DNA of 62,948 nucleotides, filler included, from Octopus bimaculoides (GCF_001194135.2; 5 parts of 5 records of this genome joined end to end with filler, not necessarily neighbours in it), one strand, 5' to 3'. Counted from the whole stretch's first letter, positions 38,256-52,231 are shown. Translations and numbers: made by a program. Notes: generated by a model from the sequence alone, not told the origin.

Positions 38256-38692
38256 CAGAATGACGAGCGCCCAATGAGTGTATATTGTATTCAGGTCTGA
38301 TTCTAAAGTTTTGATTTCATACTTTATCTATTATGATTATGACTGTTAATGTCGTAGCGAAGTGCTCCTGGGGTCTGTGGATAATTTTCAAGGGTTACTA
38401 ATTATTTTATCCAAGAATCTTGAATTAGTCACGATATAGCCATTTCCAACATTATAATATTAACATTAAGCAATGTCAAAACAAAACGATATCTTCCTAT
38501 AGAACAAACGATTTTTCATATTTGAAGATCTCCATTGATGGGAAAGAGTGAAATAATCCGAATTTGTGAAATCTTGGGCATCAAAGGAAAAGTTATATGA
38601 GCATGTTAAATGACATTAGAATGCTTCTTAAATGCAAATAGAAAGGTTAACCTTTGCGGGGTTTTTTGTTTATTATTATTTGTATTTGTAGT

Positions 38693-39031
38693 AAGGCGGT
38701 GAGCTGGCAGAATCATTAGCACACCTGGTAAAAAGCTTAGCGGTATTTCGTCCGTCTTTACGTTATAACTGTACTGAAACATATCTTTCTGTACGTGTAG
38801 GCGTGGCTTTGTAGGCGCAGGCGTGGCTTAGTAGGTTCGGGCATGGATGTGTGGTAAAAGAAAAGCTTACTTCCCAACCACATGGTTCCTGGTTCAGTCT
38901 CATTGCATGGCACCCTGGGCGAGTGTCTTCTACTATATCCTCGGGCCGACCAAAACCTTGTGGGTGGATTTGGTAGACGAAAACTGAAAGCCCGTCGTAT
39001 GTATATATATATGTGTGTATGTATGCATGTA

Positions 39032-39103
<72 letters not shown>

Positions 39104-39292
39104 GTTTGTCCCGTACCACCGCTTGACAATGGATGTTGAGGTATTTATGTCACCGTAACTTAGCAGCTCGGCAGAATAAATGTCAGGCTTTAAAAAAAAT
39201 ATGTACTGAAGTCGATTCATTCGAGTAAAAATTCTTCAAGGCTCTGCCCCAGCATGGCCGCAGTCTAATGGCTGAAACAAGTAAAAGATAAA
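38693..39292 (+). mobile_element. Chimeric SINE: family C head followed by family B body
   Basis: GGCGGTGAGCTGGCAGAATC head is truncated at ~38763, then a duplicated GTAGGCG head start and a family B body with (TG)n. Confidence 0.7.
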
Positions 39293-40444
39293 AAAATAGC
39301 ATATAGCTGTAATACATTTTAACTGTACTCTATATTTCTATTTCTGTGTGGCTGTAATTCATTATAAAATCGAAAACTAAGACTGCTATCACGTCAGTAA
39401 TTTATTTATATTCTTACCTTTATATTTCTAACCCAAAGGATTCCAGACTGTCGCAGCTCTGAAATGTGCCAATAATAATCACCTAAGTTTGTCTCGAAAT
39501 TAAGTTAAATCTGATCAATTGTTTATAAATATTTTAGCTGTGAAATATATTTGAAATTTGACAGGCCTATCTCGATAACGTGTAATGTGATGTTGAATTA
39601 CCGACTTATTAATTTCGTTAATTTTATGTTCGATAAAATGGATAGGTTTTTATTCACAAAAGAAATTCTGTCGTAGATAATAATTGCCAAAATCAACTGA
39701 ACGTAGTGTTGACATGAAATTATTCGAATAATGCCAAACATTCAGGAATATTGTTCTTCGCATTAAACTTATGTATCCTACCGAATTATTGGTACCGCGA
39801 CACGCACAAGTGAAGGAAGACGAAATTTTAATAACATTTTTGCTAGGGTCACCAGCCAAAAAGACACCTGGACATACAACGGCTGCAGGGAGAAAATGGC
39901 GAGGGGAAAATATGATTCGATGGATAGTGTCTTCTTGCTCAATGAATACATCCAGGAAATGAGAAATGGCAAAAAAAAGAGAGGAACTTACGTGTATCAT
40001 GCTACAATAGAAACTGACTTTCATCTGTCCACAAAAGAGTTGAAAGAACCCCTAATGGGTGCATGGACGTTGTCCATACACTGAGATGGGAATATATATC
40101 TGTTAACGCTTACGACAGAGAGAGATGAAAAGATAAGCGAAGTTGATGCTGCCCAATGGTTGGTGTTATAGAATAACGGGGGCGGTGGAAGGGTCGTGAA
40201 TTAGGAAATTAGTAGAGCTATTTGACCGTTAATTTGTGTTCACATTTGTGATACAGCGAAGGATAGTAGTGAACGCGAAGGTAACATCAAATAACGTTGT
40301 CAAGTCAGGTTTGAAAAGACAAGAAAGTTCTGTTAACTCTGGAGAAGACAAGGTTATCTTGAAATCGGATCTCATTGTTGGGGATGGAAAGAAATCAGTT
40401 AGGATAATCGTTTGGGTAGAAAGCCCATTTACTGTAAGAGTTAT

Positions 40445-40658
40445 CTTTCTTTTATCTTTCACTTGTTTCAGTCCTTAGATTGCGGCCATGCTGGAGTACC
40501 ACCTTGGATAATTCTAATCGAACGAATCAACTCCAGTACTTTTTTTTTTACCTGACACTAACTCTGTCGTTTCTATCGACGAACCGCTAATTTACGAGAA
40601 CGTAAAGGCACCAAAACCGGTCGTAAAGCGGTGGTGGGAGACAAGCACAGAACCAAAC

Positions 40659-40693
<35 letters not shown>

Positions 40694-40903
40694 TACATAC
40701 ATACATACATACATGTATATGTGTGTGTGTGTGTATGTATGTGTGTGTGTGTATGTGTGTGTGCATAGTATTTTTGGTCGATAACTAATGAAGCACCAGG
40801 GTCCTTGTGTCTGAGCTACGTGTTTTTAATGTAGTATTTAATGCATTTATCATTTATGGAATAACTGAACGCCACGCATCCCGACTTTTGTTAACAGTAA
40901 GTT

Positions 40904-40948
<45 letters not shown>

Positions 40949-41070
40949 GATAGGCTTCTTTCAGTTTCCGTCTGCCAAATCCACTCACAAGGCTTTAGTC
41001 GGCCCGAGGCTATAGGAGAAAACACACGCTCAAGGCGCCACACAGTGTAACTGAACCCGGAACCATGTGG
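40445..41070 (-). mobile_element. Family B SINE
   Basis: Inverted body, central (CA)/(TA) tracts and tail. Confidence 0.75.
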
Positions 41071-41959
41071 GGATTTTTATACCCGAAAGAGCTGGTAATT
41101 CGGAGAGAAAGAGGAAATGGACCAACATCAACTGCATATCCTTACTTTGGAAACTACTGTTTTCAAATTAGTGCCGATCTCAGTTCCGAGAATAGTAAAA
41201 AAACTTGTCCCTTTCACGATTTCTAGAGCCAACGGCCAGGGAGCCCAAGGGCTCCTTCCTAAAGGGTACCACCCCACCATTTTGCGAATATGATTAGTAT
41301 ATTAAGTATAGAGAATAGTAGAAAATTGTTCCGAATGAAAAACAGTAGAAAAGAAGGGGCGAATGAAATGAGTCCAAAATAAAGGCGTGAAATACCAACG
41401 AAAAGGATGTCACAGGGTCACATTGAGGAGGAAAAATACGACCAAAATTCAATAAGACTCAGACTTTGTAAATGAAATTGGGAAGATGGAAACTGTGCGG
41501 AAGCCCGTCGGATAGATTGTACGTGTAATTAAAATGGTACACGTGTCTCTGGAATACTCAGCCACTTATACGTTAACTCAGGAGCACGTAACTCGGTTAA
41601 TCGAACAACCGAATCCTCGGCGTCGAACGACGAAGATCCACCACCACGTGCAGTTATATTTTTATTTTACAGAGCTTATTTCGCATTATAAGTTAAGCTG
41701 TGGGCAGTCTTTTATCAAATTCGAAATTTTAAAACTTTGAATGTAATATCAATTTCTTCAACGTCTTTACTTCATCTTTTTTTTTTATTCCCTCGATTAA
41801 AATAAATATTTTTTTAACAAGAAAGCCACAAATAACACTTGGAAATAACTGCCACGGTTTTATTTTTCATCTAAGTGATGTTTTTGATATTGGTCTGCTC
41901 AAGCAACTGCACATGTCTCTCATTTATCATCACAAACATTTCTACATGTGAAACGTGTA

Positions 41960-42513
41960 TTCTTTTATTTTACTTGCTTCAGTCACTTGACTGTGGCCAT
42001 GCTGGAGCATCACCTTTTAGTCGAGCTAATCAACCCCAGGACTTATTCTTTGTAAGCCTAGCACTTATGCTAACGGATCTCTTTAGCCGAACCGCTATGT
42101 TACAGGGACGTAACAACACCAGCATCTGTTGTCAAGCGATAGTGGAGGGGAAAATATACACACACAAGCATACACACACACACACANNNNNNNNNNNNNN
42201 NNNNNNNNNNNNNNNNNNNNNNNNNNNNNNNNNNNNNNNNNNNNNNNNNNNNNNNNNNNNNNNNNNNNNNNNNNNNNNNNNNNNNNNNNNNNNNNNNNNN
42301 NNNNNNNNNNNNNNNNNNNNNNNNNNNNNNNNNNNNNNNNNNNNNNNNNNNNNNNNNNNNNNNNNNNNNNNNNNNNNNNNNNNNNNNNNNNNNNNNNNNN
42401 NNNNNNNNNNNNNNNNNNNNNNNNNNNNNNNNNNNNNNNNNNNNNNNNNNNNNNNNNNNNNNNNNNNNNNNNNNNNNNNNNNNNNNNNNNNNNNNNNNNN
42501 NNNNNNNNNNNNN

Positions 42514-42545
<32 letters not shown>

Positions 42546-42703
42546 GATGGGCTTCTTTCAGTTTTCGTCTACCAAATCCATTCACACGGCTTTGGTCGGC
42601 CCGAGGCTATAGTAGAAAACACTTGCCCAGGGTGCCACGCAGTGAGACTGAACCCAGAACTATGTCGTTGGTAAGCAAGCTATTTGCCACACAGCCACTC
42701 CTG
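41960..42703 (-). mobile_element. Family B SINE with a gap in the central microsatellite
   Basis: Head CAGGAGTGGCTGTGTGG on the minus strand and a matching tail. Confidence 0.8.
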
Positions 42704-42862
42704 TATGCTCAATATTAAATGTTACAGTATACATTATTCGTGGTGATGGTCCTGGTGGTAGAGGTGACGGTGATGGTGCTGTAAGTTAGTAAATATTGTT
42801 TCATTTTTACTATCGATGTGTATTTAGTGTGACAAAGATGTAGAGTTTTAAACGTCATGGTC

Positions 42863-42899
<37 letters not shown>

Positions 42900-43159
42900 T
42901 CTATTTTCCTCACTTTCTCTGCTGCTACTACAACTACTACCACTATTACTCCTACTACTACCACTGCAATAATTTCCACTTGTAGTAGTAGTAGTAGTAG
43001 TTATGGTGGTGGTGACGGTGGTATTGGTTGTGGTGGTGGTGGTGGTGGTGGTGGTGGTAGTGGTATTGTTGGTGGTCGTAACGATGGTGATAGTAGTAGT
43101 AGTAGTTTTGGTGGTATTGGTGATGGTGGTGGTAATGATAGTAATGGTTGCTCTATTGG

Positions 43160-43362
43160 GAGAATCGTTTAAGTACTGGACAAAATGCCTTGAGGTATTA
43201 GTTCTGGCCCTTTACGCACTGAGTTCAGATTCCGCCTAGGTCGACCTTGCCTTTTATCTTTTCGGAGTCGATAAAATGATTAACAATTGAGCACTGGGGT
43301 CGTTGTAATCGACTTATCCTCTCCCCCTAAATTGCTGGCCTTGTGCCTAAATTTGAAATCCT
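43160..43362 (+). mobile_element. Family C SINE
   Basis: CTGAGTTCAGATTCCGCC, GGGGTCG..GTAATCGAC, AAATTTGAAA tail. Confidence 0.75.
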
Positions 43363-43363
43363 C

Positions 43364-43729
43364 ATTATTATTGTTTTACATCTCAGAACGTTCGGTCTTG
43401 TTTGTTCTCGGTAGATTCTGTGAGAGCGGACAGCAGCCTGATGTCAGAGGTCTCGCAGGGTCTCTTTCCGCAGAATATAAGCTTTGATACTTGGTTGTTA
43501 ATTATCATGGAAGACATTCAACACCCAAGTACCAGTTTCAAAATCCTAGCTGTCCCCAGCAGAGCACTTTTTGGGCTTACTCTTTTCTCATGTCAATTCC
43601 GGTTTCTTTGACGTATTTCTCGAACTTGGTTGTGAGTGCTCCTACTGGAATACCAGACACTCTCCTCTTAGTCCATATTCTTGCAATTTTGCCTTTTAAT
43701 AGTCTGTATTTTTCAATCTTTTCTAGTTC

Positions 43730-43730
<1 letters not shown>
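43364..43730 (-). mobile_element. 5'-truncated R4/Dong-like non-LTR element (restriction-like endonuclease C-terminus and 3' UTR)
   Basis: EKIEKYRLLK..IARIW...IPVGAL...GI...QK reading, bounded by TAA repeats at both ends. Confidence 0.7.
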
Positions 43731-43764
<34 letters not shown>

Positions 43765-43767
<3 letters not shown>

Positions 43768-44210
43768 ATGAGAGAGCAGTGCATGCCGTCAAAGTGACAC
43801 TGGGGTAAAATATACGAAGCCCAGTATACCCATCATGACTACCCGTCTGATAAGGGTACACCAGGCACATGCATCACAACCATATGTACGCGACATAATG
43901 ATATCATATCAAGATAAACAGCACATGACTTTGCAGATGGGTCCCAGTTAAAATTTTCTTCAGGTTGAGTACTCTATCCTGCTCAAAATGTCCCTGAATA
44001 AGGTTTGTTTAAGGATGTTGAGCAAAACACCCAGGCGAATTATTCAAACCCTGCTCGTGATCTGAGATTCATATATCGTCAGCTACAAAGGGACACGTTC
44101 AACTGGTTAAGGTCAAACAACTGACAAGCAAATCTGAGGTAATGAGTAGAATATTTGCTGTAGCCCATCTTTTATACCAAGACGAAACAATGTACATGAT
44201 CACACTTCCA
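43765..44210 (-). mobile_element. Unclassified interspersed element between (TAA)n arrays
   Basis: Complex sequence ending ...CTCTCTCATTGAA(TAA)n with TAA arrays on both sides. Confidence 0.45.
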
Positions 44211-44265
44211 ATCAGTTAGGATCAAAAGCCATTATTATTATTATTATCATTATTATTATTATTAA

Positions 44266-44301
<36 letters not shown>

Positions 44302-44340
44302 CATTATTAGTATTATTATTATTATTATCATCATTTGAGA

Positions 44341-44460
44341 CAGACATTGCATTTCATCCTGTCGGGTTCGATAAAATAAGTACCAGTTGAGCACTTGAGT
44401 CGATTTAATTGACTTATCCACTCCTCTGAAACTGCTGGCGTTGTGCCTAAATTTGAAGCC
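44341..44460 (+). mobile_element. Family C SINE 3' half
   Basis: TTTCATCC...AAGTACCAGTT...AAATTTGAAGCC. Confidence 0.7.
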
Positions 44461-44697
44461 ATGATTGTTATTGTTATTAAATCCTCCTCTTTTATTCCTC
44501 CCTCCTCGGTGTATGTTTGTCAATTTTTTTTATGCTAGGCTTTCACTCTCACTTCAAAATCTGATGCATTTTCAAACATACTCTATTTATCCATGAAACA
44601 AAATCAAGTTATTCAGAAAGAACTCACAAAATAAGCTTCAGTAAATATTCCAACTGCTTTTGGTGTGTATATATTTGTGTATACACACACATACACG

Positions 44698-44776
<79 letters not shown>

Positions 44777-44876
44777 NNNNNNNNNNNNNNNNNNNNNNNN
44801 NNNNNNNNNNNNNNNNNNNNTTAATTAATTAANNNNNNNNNNNNNNNNNNNNNNNNNNNNNNNNNNNNNNNNNNNN

Positions 44877-45085
44877 GAGCGTGGCCGTTTTCGTGCGGGT
44901 GACACGTAAAAGCACCCACTACACTCTCTGAGTGGTTGGCGTTAGGAAGGGCATCCAGCTGTAGAAACTCTGCCAAATCAGACTGGAGCCTGGTGTTGCC
45001 ATCCGGTTTCACCAGTCCTCAGTCAAATCGTCCAACCCATGCTAGCATGGAAAGCGGACGTTAAACGATGATGATGATGATGATG
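44877..45085 (+). mobile_element. RTE LINE/SINE 3' tail
   Basis: Near-identical to 19081-19296 and 51207-51390. Confidence 0.8.
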
Positions 45086-45269
45086 AAGATAAACAAAGTT
45101 CTTTTTTAATCTAAAATATACTCTCCTTCATTTTCTACTACGCTCTTCTAGCTATCTCTCTTCCAAAATTCACTTGTCTGTGACGAAAAATAAGATTATT
45201 ATTATAATGAAGGTGAAGAGTGATATATGCTCTGCTGACATCATGATCACTTTTGCTTGATGGTGAGGC

Positions 45270-46160
45270 CTTTGTTTTGGATGAGATATAGACTGCATAA
45301 GAATGTAGTCCATCCTGTTGTTGAGAGAAATACTTTTCTTAAACAGTCTCTGCTTTGCACAAAGCTTGATGGGCTTTATACAAGACAGCTTTGACAATAT
45401 CACCCAGGATACTGTAGTTTAACAGTCTATGTAACATGGTCCTTCTGTTGACACTATTATATGCTTTGGAAAAATCTACAAATACAACTGATGCTTTTTG
45501 CTCAAAGATTCTGAATGCTTCAATGAGTTTTCTTATGAAAAAGATCTCAGTTATGTTGATCTATGATAGTATTGATCTACCTTTGGGGAAGCCACTTTTG
45601 TTCTGTTATAGAATGGGATTGATATCAGGAGAAAATCTATAAAGGATCATAGAGTTGTAGATTTTTGAAGTTAGAGGTGAGGGCGTAATACTGAGGCAGA
45701 TGAAGAACACCTTTCTTTGGAAGTGGAGTAATTGCAGATTTGGCAAAGGTTGTGGGTTTGTTTCCTTTATAGTTCTTGTTACAGAAGTTCAATAAATATT
45801 TGTGGAAAAGTGGACTCTTCCAGATGATAGGGTCTTGACATTTCTTTGATAATTTTAAAGCCTTTTCTAGAGTAAATAGGCTAATCTGACCATCAGGCTT
45901 TCTGCTACTTTATGGTAGAAAAGCAGATCATTGTCAAATTTAATGAGATATGTTCCATGAAGAATCAATCTGAAGTGCTGCAATCAGGTATCTACATGCT
46001 GGTCATAAGTTTTCTCCACAATAGAAACCAATGGAAAGCCCAGTATTTATAAGTTCCAATGGAGTTGCCCACTTGCTTTCAACATGGAAATTGTTGACTA
46101 TTTTAGTTCTAGAGTAGATGTGTGCTTCTCATGCTTCATACACATTATCACATGTGACTT
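45270..46160 (-). mobile_element. RTE-like reverse transcriptase relic
   Basis: SAITPLPKKG, decayed VFVDFSKAYNS, many stops. Confidence 0.75.
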
Positions 46161-46412
46161 CAGCTGAACTGAAATGCCTTTCATTGTGCCCAAAAGATCA
46201 AAATTGATATTTCTACACTGCTTTCTTCAGATCCTCTCTGGCTTTTGTTACCTTCACATTGATAGCGAAGGTTAGTGGCTTCTTTCTCTTCTTTGAGAAC
46301 ACTATATCTCTGTTGACAGAGATCCACACACAAACACACACACATATATAGCATGTGCATATGTGTGTGTGCGTATATATATATGCATACACACACATAT
46401 AGTATGTGCATA

Positions 46413-47165
46413 GACATAAGAAGCATCGGATGTGGAGTGCAAGAGAGACGTTTGTGTTGGTATGGTCATGTACTGCGGATGGACGAAGAGAGCTGTGTGA
46501 AAAAGTGCCACTCCCAAACAGTGGAAGAAATCCGGGGTAGAGGGAGACTCAGGAAGACATGGGATGAGGTGGTGAAGCATGACCCTCAAACGTTGGGCCT
46601 CACAGAGGCAATGACAAAAGACCAAGACCTCAGGAGGCATGCTGTGACTGAAAAGACCCAGCAAATAAAGTGAGTTCACAGCTGTAACCTACACCAGTGT
46701 CGCATAACCAGCCCGTTCAAAAGTACCTTGGCTCGTAGGGCAACATGCCGTGCTTGAGGAGACCTATTGAGTCAAGTACATCAACATCAATATCAAAATC
46801 AAAATAAAATCAAATCATGGAAATTGTAGTTGTGACCCTCGTGCCGGTAGCACGCAAAAAGCACCACCCGAACGTGGCCGATGCCAGTGCCGCTTTGACT
46901 GGTTTCCGTGCCGGTAGCACGTAAAAAGTGCCATCCGATCGTGGTCGATGCCAGCTCCTCTGGCCCCTGTGTCGGTGGCACATAAAAAGCACCCACTATA
47001 CTCTCGGAGTCGTTGGCATTAGGAAGGGCATCCAGCTGTAGAAACACTGCCAGATCAGATTGGGGCCTGGTGCAGCCTCCTGGCTTCCCAGCCCTCAGTT
47101 GAGCGGTCCAACCCATGCCAGCATGGAAAATGGACGTTAAACGATGATGATGATGATGATGATGA

Positions 47166-47168
<3 letters not shown>
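46413..47168 (+). mobile_element. 5'-truncated RTE LINE: ORF end, 3' UTR and (GAT)n tail
   Basis: RRLCWYGHVLRM...GRGRLRKTWDEVVK.D...AVTEKTQQIK*. Confidence 0.9.
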
Positions 47169-47212
<44 letters not shown>

Positions 47213-47216
<4 letters not shown>

Positions 47217-47680
47217 GGCCTGGCTGTATGGTTGAAAAGCTTGTTTCCCAACCATGTGGTCTTAGGTTCAGCCCTTCTGCATGGTACCTTGGGCAAGTGT
47301 CTTTTACAATATCTACAAGCTAAGCAAAGCCTTGAGAGTGGATTTGGTAGATAGAAACTGAAAGAAACCTGCCATGTGTACATATATGTATGTATGTATG
47401 TATATGTGCTTGTACATATGTATGTATGTATATGTGTGTGTATATATGCATTTGTGTGTACCCTTATCTAGACATCATGTGAAGGGTCTAAGTGAGCATC
47501 ATTGTCATACAAACAAGGCTCTTTATTTCCAGTTTTCCATGATTAGCTATGAGAAAATATTACCTTACTTGGAAACAAGTGAGGGTTAGTGACGGGAAGG
47601 GCATCCAGTCAGAGAAAATCTGCCTCAACAAATGTCATCTGACCCATGCAAGCATGGAAAAGTGGATGTTAAATGATTAC
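47213..47680 (+). mobile_element. Family B SINE head joined to an RTE-type tail
   Basis: Family B head at 47213; GGGAAGGGCATCCAG...GCATGGAAAAGTGGATGTTAAA at 47594-47674. Confidence 0.6.
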
Positions 47681-48148
47681 CACATTTTAGTACAAGTCAT
47701 ACATTTAACCAATAAGCAGCACTGTCATGGGATTACAATGACCTCGATAAAGCAAAGCAACTGACCAATCATGGACACTGTATTATGTAGTAGAAGACTT
47801 AAGATGTCTTCAGCAGGCATAGCAATTTGTAGAAAGCTAACCAACTTTCTATAAAACCAATTTCATAGCATTTCATAATAACAATCAAAACCACTTTATT
47901 GATTTTGTAAGAAAGTTGGCGAAATTTGACAACAAATGAAGTGAAATTATAACGGTGACTGTAATGAATTTTGGTATTAATTTTTGAGATGTAGAAACGC
48001 ATTGTTGCCCCATAGACACCTACAGAATCTTCACCCTGTCCATACTGAATGTAATGGGTACAAATGGGATAACATAAAACTATTCCTTTGTGCTATGCAT
48101 CTTTGTTATGTAATAAACAAAATATAAGAATATTATATAACATATAAG

Positions 48149-48205
<57 letters not shown>

Positions 48206-48287
48206 TCAGAGTGAGAGAGACACACACACACACACACACATAAACATGCGTGTGTATCTGTGTGTGTATATATATCTATATACATAC

Positions 48288-48350
<63 letters not shown>

Positions 48351-48591
48351 CACACACACTAAAGACAAAGATGATGCTGAAAATATGAACCACATTTGAT
48401 AGAATAACTACATCAAATAACAATTTTAACAAGTAGGCAGCCATGAATTCTTATCAAGTGTTGCATAAAGAATATGCCAAGATTCTACAAAATCCGAACT
48501 TCCATGCTTGTGTACACACACATAGACATATAGATATATACAAATATATATATATATATATGTGGGTGTGTATGTTTGTGTCTATATATCA

Positions 48592-48790
48592 TCACCATCA
48601 TCACTGAACAGCTGTTTTCCCTACTGGCATGGATTGAACAGCTAGATAGAACCTGGTGAGCCATAGGGCCACACTGTGCTCCATGTCAGCTTTAGCATGG
48701 TATTTACAACTGGATGCCCTTCCTAACACTAACAACTTTACAGTATGTACTGGGTATTTTGGCCATCAGCCCCAGTGTGATGGCCAAGTA
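48592..48790 (-). mobile_element. Degenerate RTE tail
   Basis: CATCATC...CAACTGGATGCCCTTCCTAAC. Confidence 0.55.
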
Positions 48791-49059
48791 TCATGCAAGA
48801 CAAAAGAGAACAAGAAAAGGGGAAAAGGTGGGGAAAGGAGAAAAGCCCACTTCAGTAGGGGTATAATTGAGAGGGTAGCAAGGTGATTTTTATGCCAGGG
48901 GCAAGCAGATGTGTCTTGCTATGAGGAAGATACATGGCTACCCAGAGCAAACCCACAAGAGACAAGTGATGATATGGATAGTGGATAAAGAGAGGTGGGA
49001 CAGTTATAAGAGCATGAGAGGCACATATATATACATACACACACACACACATTATATAT

Positions 49060-49215
49060 GTATAGGTGCAGGTATGGCTGTGTGGTAAGAAGCTTGCATC
49101 CCAACCACATAGTTCTGGGTTCAATCTTACTGAGTGGCATGTGGCTTCTACTATAGCCTCAGGCTGACCAAAGTCTTGCAAATGGATTTAGTACACAGAG
49201 TGAAAGATGCCTGTC

Positions 49216-49258
<43 letters not shown>

Positions 49259-50808
49259 CAGACTGCAGTGAATAAATTGTCGTTTAAATTATACAAAAAT
49301 GAAAATAACAGACATCTCATTTTAATAGATATATTTGCTAAAATTACATTAAAATATCTTGAAGTACAAAAGGGTAAATTTATTCAATAAAATCGCCATT
49401 GGCTTCAATCACAGCCTCCAGATGACTTCAGAATCTCCTGTAACTCTTCTGGATGGTCTCCTTGTTTGAGTTGGTGAATGCTGTCATAATCCTTGCCTTC
49501 AGTTCATCTTTGGTGTTACAAGTTGTTTTGTTGGTCTCTTGCTCAACTGTGCCCCACACATAATAAATAATCAAGGGGATTGCAGTGTGGGGAGTTAGGT
49601 GGCCAGATGTTAGGGGTGATGTGGTCACAAAAATTGTCATGACTGGATTCTCCTGCTTGTGTGACATGGTGCAGAGTCCTGTTGCTAGACATAGGGTCTT
49701 CCAGCAGCCACCCTCTTGACCCAGGGCAGCACTACTTCCTCCAGGCACTTGATGTAGGCCTCCATATTGAGTCTGAGGCCATGTGAGAAGATGAATGGAG
49801 GCATAATGTCACCCTCACTAGTGATCACTCCAAACACCATGATGTTGACTGGATGTTGATTTTTATCACTTCCAGTATGTGTTTTTGGGACACGGCAAGC
49901 CAACGGCAAGCCAACGGCTGTTCTGTATATTCACCATCCGATCCTGGTAGAAATTTTTCTCAGCTGAGAAAAACCAAAGCATGTTCAGTTAGAAGGGATG
50001 GTTGAGTTTGTTCAAAAGCTTTGTAGCACAATCTTTCCTCTTGTCCTTGATGACTTGGGATAGAAATTGGCCCTTTCTCATCCCATATGAGGAGTACCGA
50101 AAGTCTTCATGCACTACCTGCCTGATAAGAAACTCAGACACTCCCATGTCCCTGGCGATGGACCTGATTGACTTGGAGGGATCGTTGTCAATCATGGCCT
50201 GGATCTCACCAACAAATTCAGTTCTTTTCTTATCAGAATGATCAGAGTGAGTTTTCCGAGCTGCCGTACCTTCGTAATCACCATGAGACTCATCCAACTC
50301 TTTCCAAATCCTCTGCACTGTCCTCAGATTAACACCCAAACACTCTGAAATGTTTGTATTGGAGCTTCTGGTACAACTGCTAATCAGTACAGCATGTTGT
50401 TTCCAAATTTCTGACAGAGTGAATTGTGTCATGGTGCTGTTTTTCTCATAGATGGTGCCCAACTGATCCTACTATACTATGTAGTTGACAAAATCAAAAA
50501 CAAACAATGCGTGTATGCAAAATAAAAAATGGCAACAATTTACTCATTGCACCTTGTACATATATATATAAGTGTGTGTATGTGTGTGTGTGTGTGTATT
50601 TATGTCCATGTCTTTGTGTCTGTCTGTGTTTGTACCCCCATCACTGCTTGACATCCAGTGTTTAACATAGCAGTTCAGCAAAAGAGACTGATAGAGTAAG
50701 TACCAGGCTTTAAAAAATAAGTCTTGGTGTTGATTTGTTCAACTAAAATCCTTCAATGTGGTGCTCCAGCATAGCTGCAGTCAAATGACTGAAGCAAGTA
50801 AAAAAATA
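49060..50808 (+). mobile_element. Family B SINE interrupted at its (TA)n centre by a maT element
   Basis: Head at 49060-49215; body and tail resume at ~50559. Confidence 0.75.
49255..50556 (-). mobile_element. Near full-length, frameshifted maT (Tc1/mariner) element
   Basis: Matching TIRs, HTH (SIRSIARDMGVSEFLIR), VMPP/QQDSAPCH regions, TA flanks. Confidence 0.92.
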
Positions 50809-51206
50809 AAAAAATATATATATTTATTTATTAATTAATTCATTCATTTTTTTTTTTTATTATGTTTTAGAGTGTGCTTCTTTTTCAGATATATGATACA
50901 CTGATGATATGTATGTATGCATGTATATAAAATCACTTCTATGTTCCACTTTTGATTTCTAACAACAAAATTTCTAGAGCACAGAGCATCCTACTATTAT
51001 TGTAGATCAATAGATCTCCTCACTCACTCCATATGGCCATGCAATCTTTTCCATTTATCCCCACCTTCTCTCTCTCTCTCTTTCTCATTTGTTCTCACTG
51101 CAGCTTATGATTTCCTTCCTCATTTCTGGATCTTCATTTCTGTTGCTCTTTCACATCCTCTCTGTATATGATCATACATGCATGCACAAACACACATAAT
51201 ATATAT

Positions 51207-51385
51207 ATCATCATCATCGTTTAACGTCCGCTTTCCATGCTAGCATGGGTTGGACGATTTGACTGAGGACTGGTGAAACCGGATGGCAACACCAGGCTCC
51301 AGTCTAATTTGGCAGAGTTTCTACAGCTGGATGCCCTTCCTAACGCCAACCACTCAGAGAGTGTAGTGGGTGCTTTTACGTGTCA

Positions 51386-51390
<5 letters not shown>
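51207..51390 (-). mobile_element. RTE LINE/SINE 3' tail
   Basis: Tail family match. A second copy in the opposite orientation lies at ~51530-51625. Confidence 0.8.
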
Positions 51391-51449
<59 letters not shown>

Positions 51450-52231
51450 AAATTATCATCATCATTTAAAGGGATGTTAAATGATGATAATGAATGCACA
51501 CACACACACACATATATATATATACACAGATTAGATTGGAGCCTGGTGCAGCCGCTGGCTCTCCAGACCTCAGTCAAACTGTCCAACCCATGCCAGCATG
51601 GAAAACGGACGTTAAACGATGATGAAACATACACACGTATATATATAAAGAATTTATATCTATACACACACATATGTCAGTGTATACATACATACACACG
51701 CACACACACACATATATATATATATGTGTGCAACAATAGGTATCAAGAATTTATATATATTAGTGTGTGTATATATATATATATATAAATACATACATGT
51801 ATCAGACAATCAGGGTATCCAGTGATATCCTGATTTGAACAAAGACAAATAAAAATACATTAAATAACAATACAAGATAAATTTTTGATTTATTGAAATT
51901 GTCTTCAACTCCAGAAACTGTAGATCAACCACTTAGCAGCAATTGGCACCAACTCCAAATGAGAAAGGGAGATAATCTCAAGAGCCATGAATTCTCCAAA
52001 ATTTAACTGACTTTATGGGATAGACAGCCTAACTGTCTGGAAACAAAAGGACAGCAGTGGACATGTATTTCTGCCTCAATAGGCATCACCAGCACAGCAA
52101 ATGTCATATCCTATCTTCAGCAGACAAGACACAAAGTTATAAAAAATAATACACATCTATAACTGAGGTAATTTGTATAAGTGAAGTAAAAATAAGACAT
52201 ACTCTTAATTTGTCTTTGTTATCTATCTATA

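Noticed and set aside
51870-52130. Minus-strand AATAAA (~51889) and a short CC-containing frame as the possible last exon of the module gene
   Set aside because: It lies across a scaffold join, and no phase-1 acceptor gives a convincing reading.
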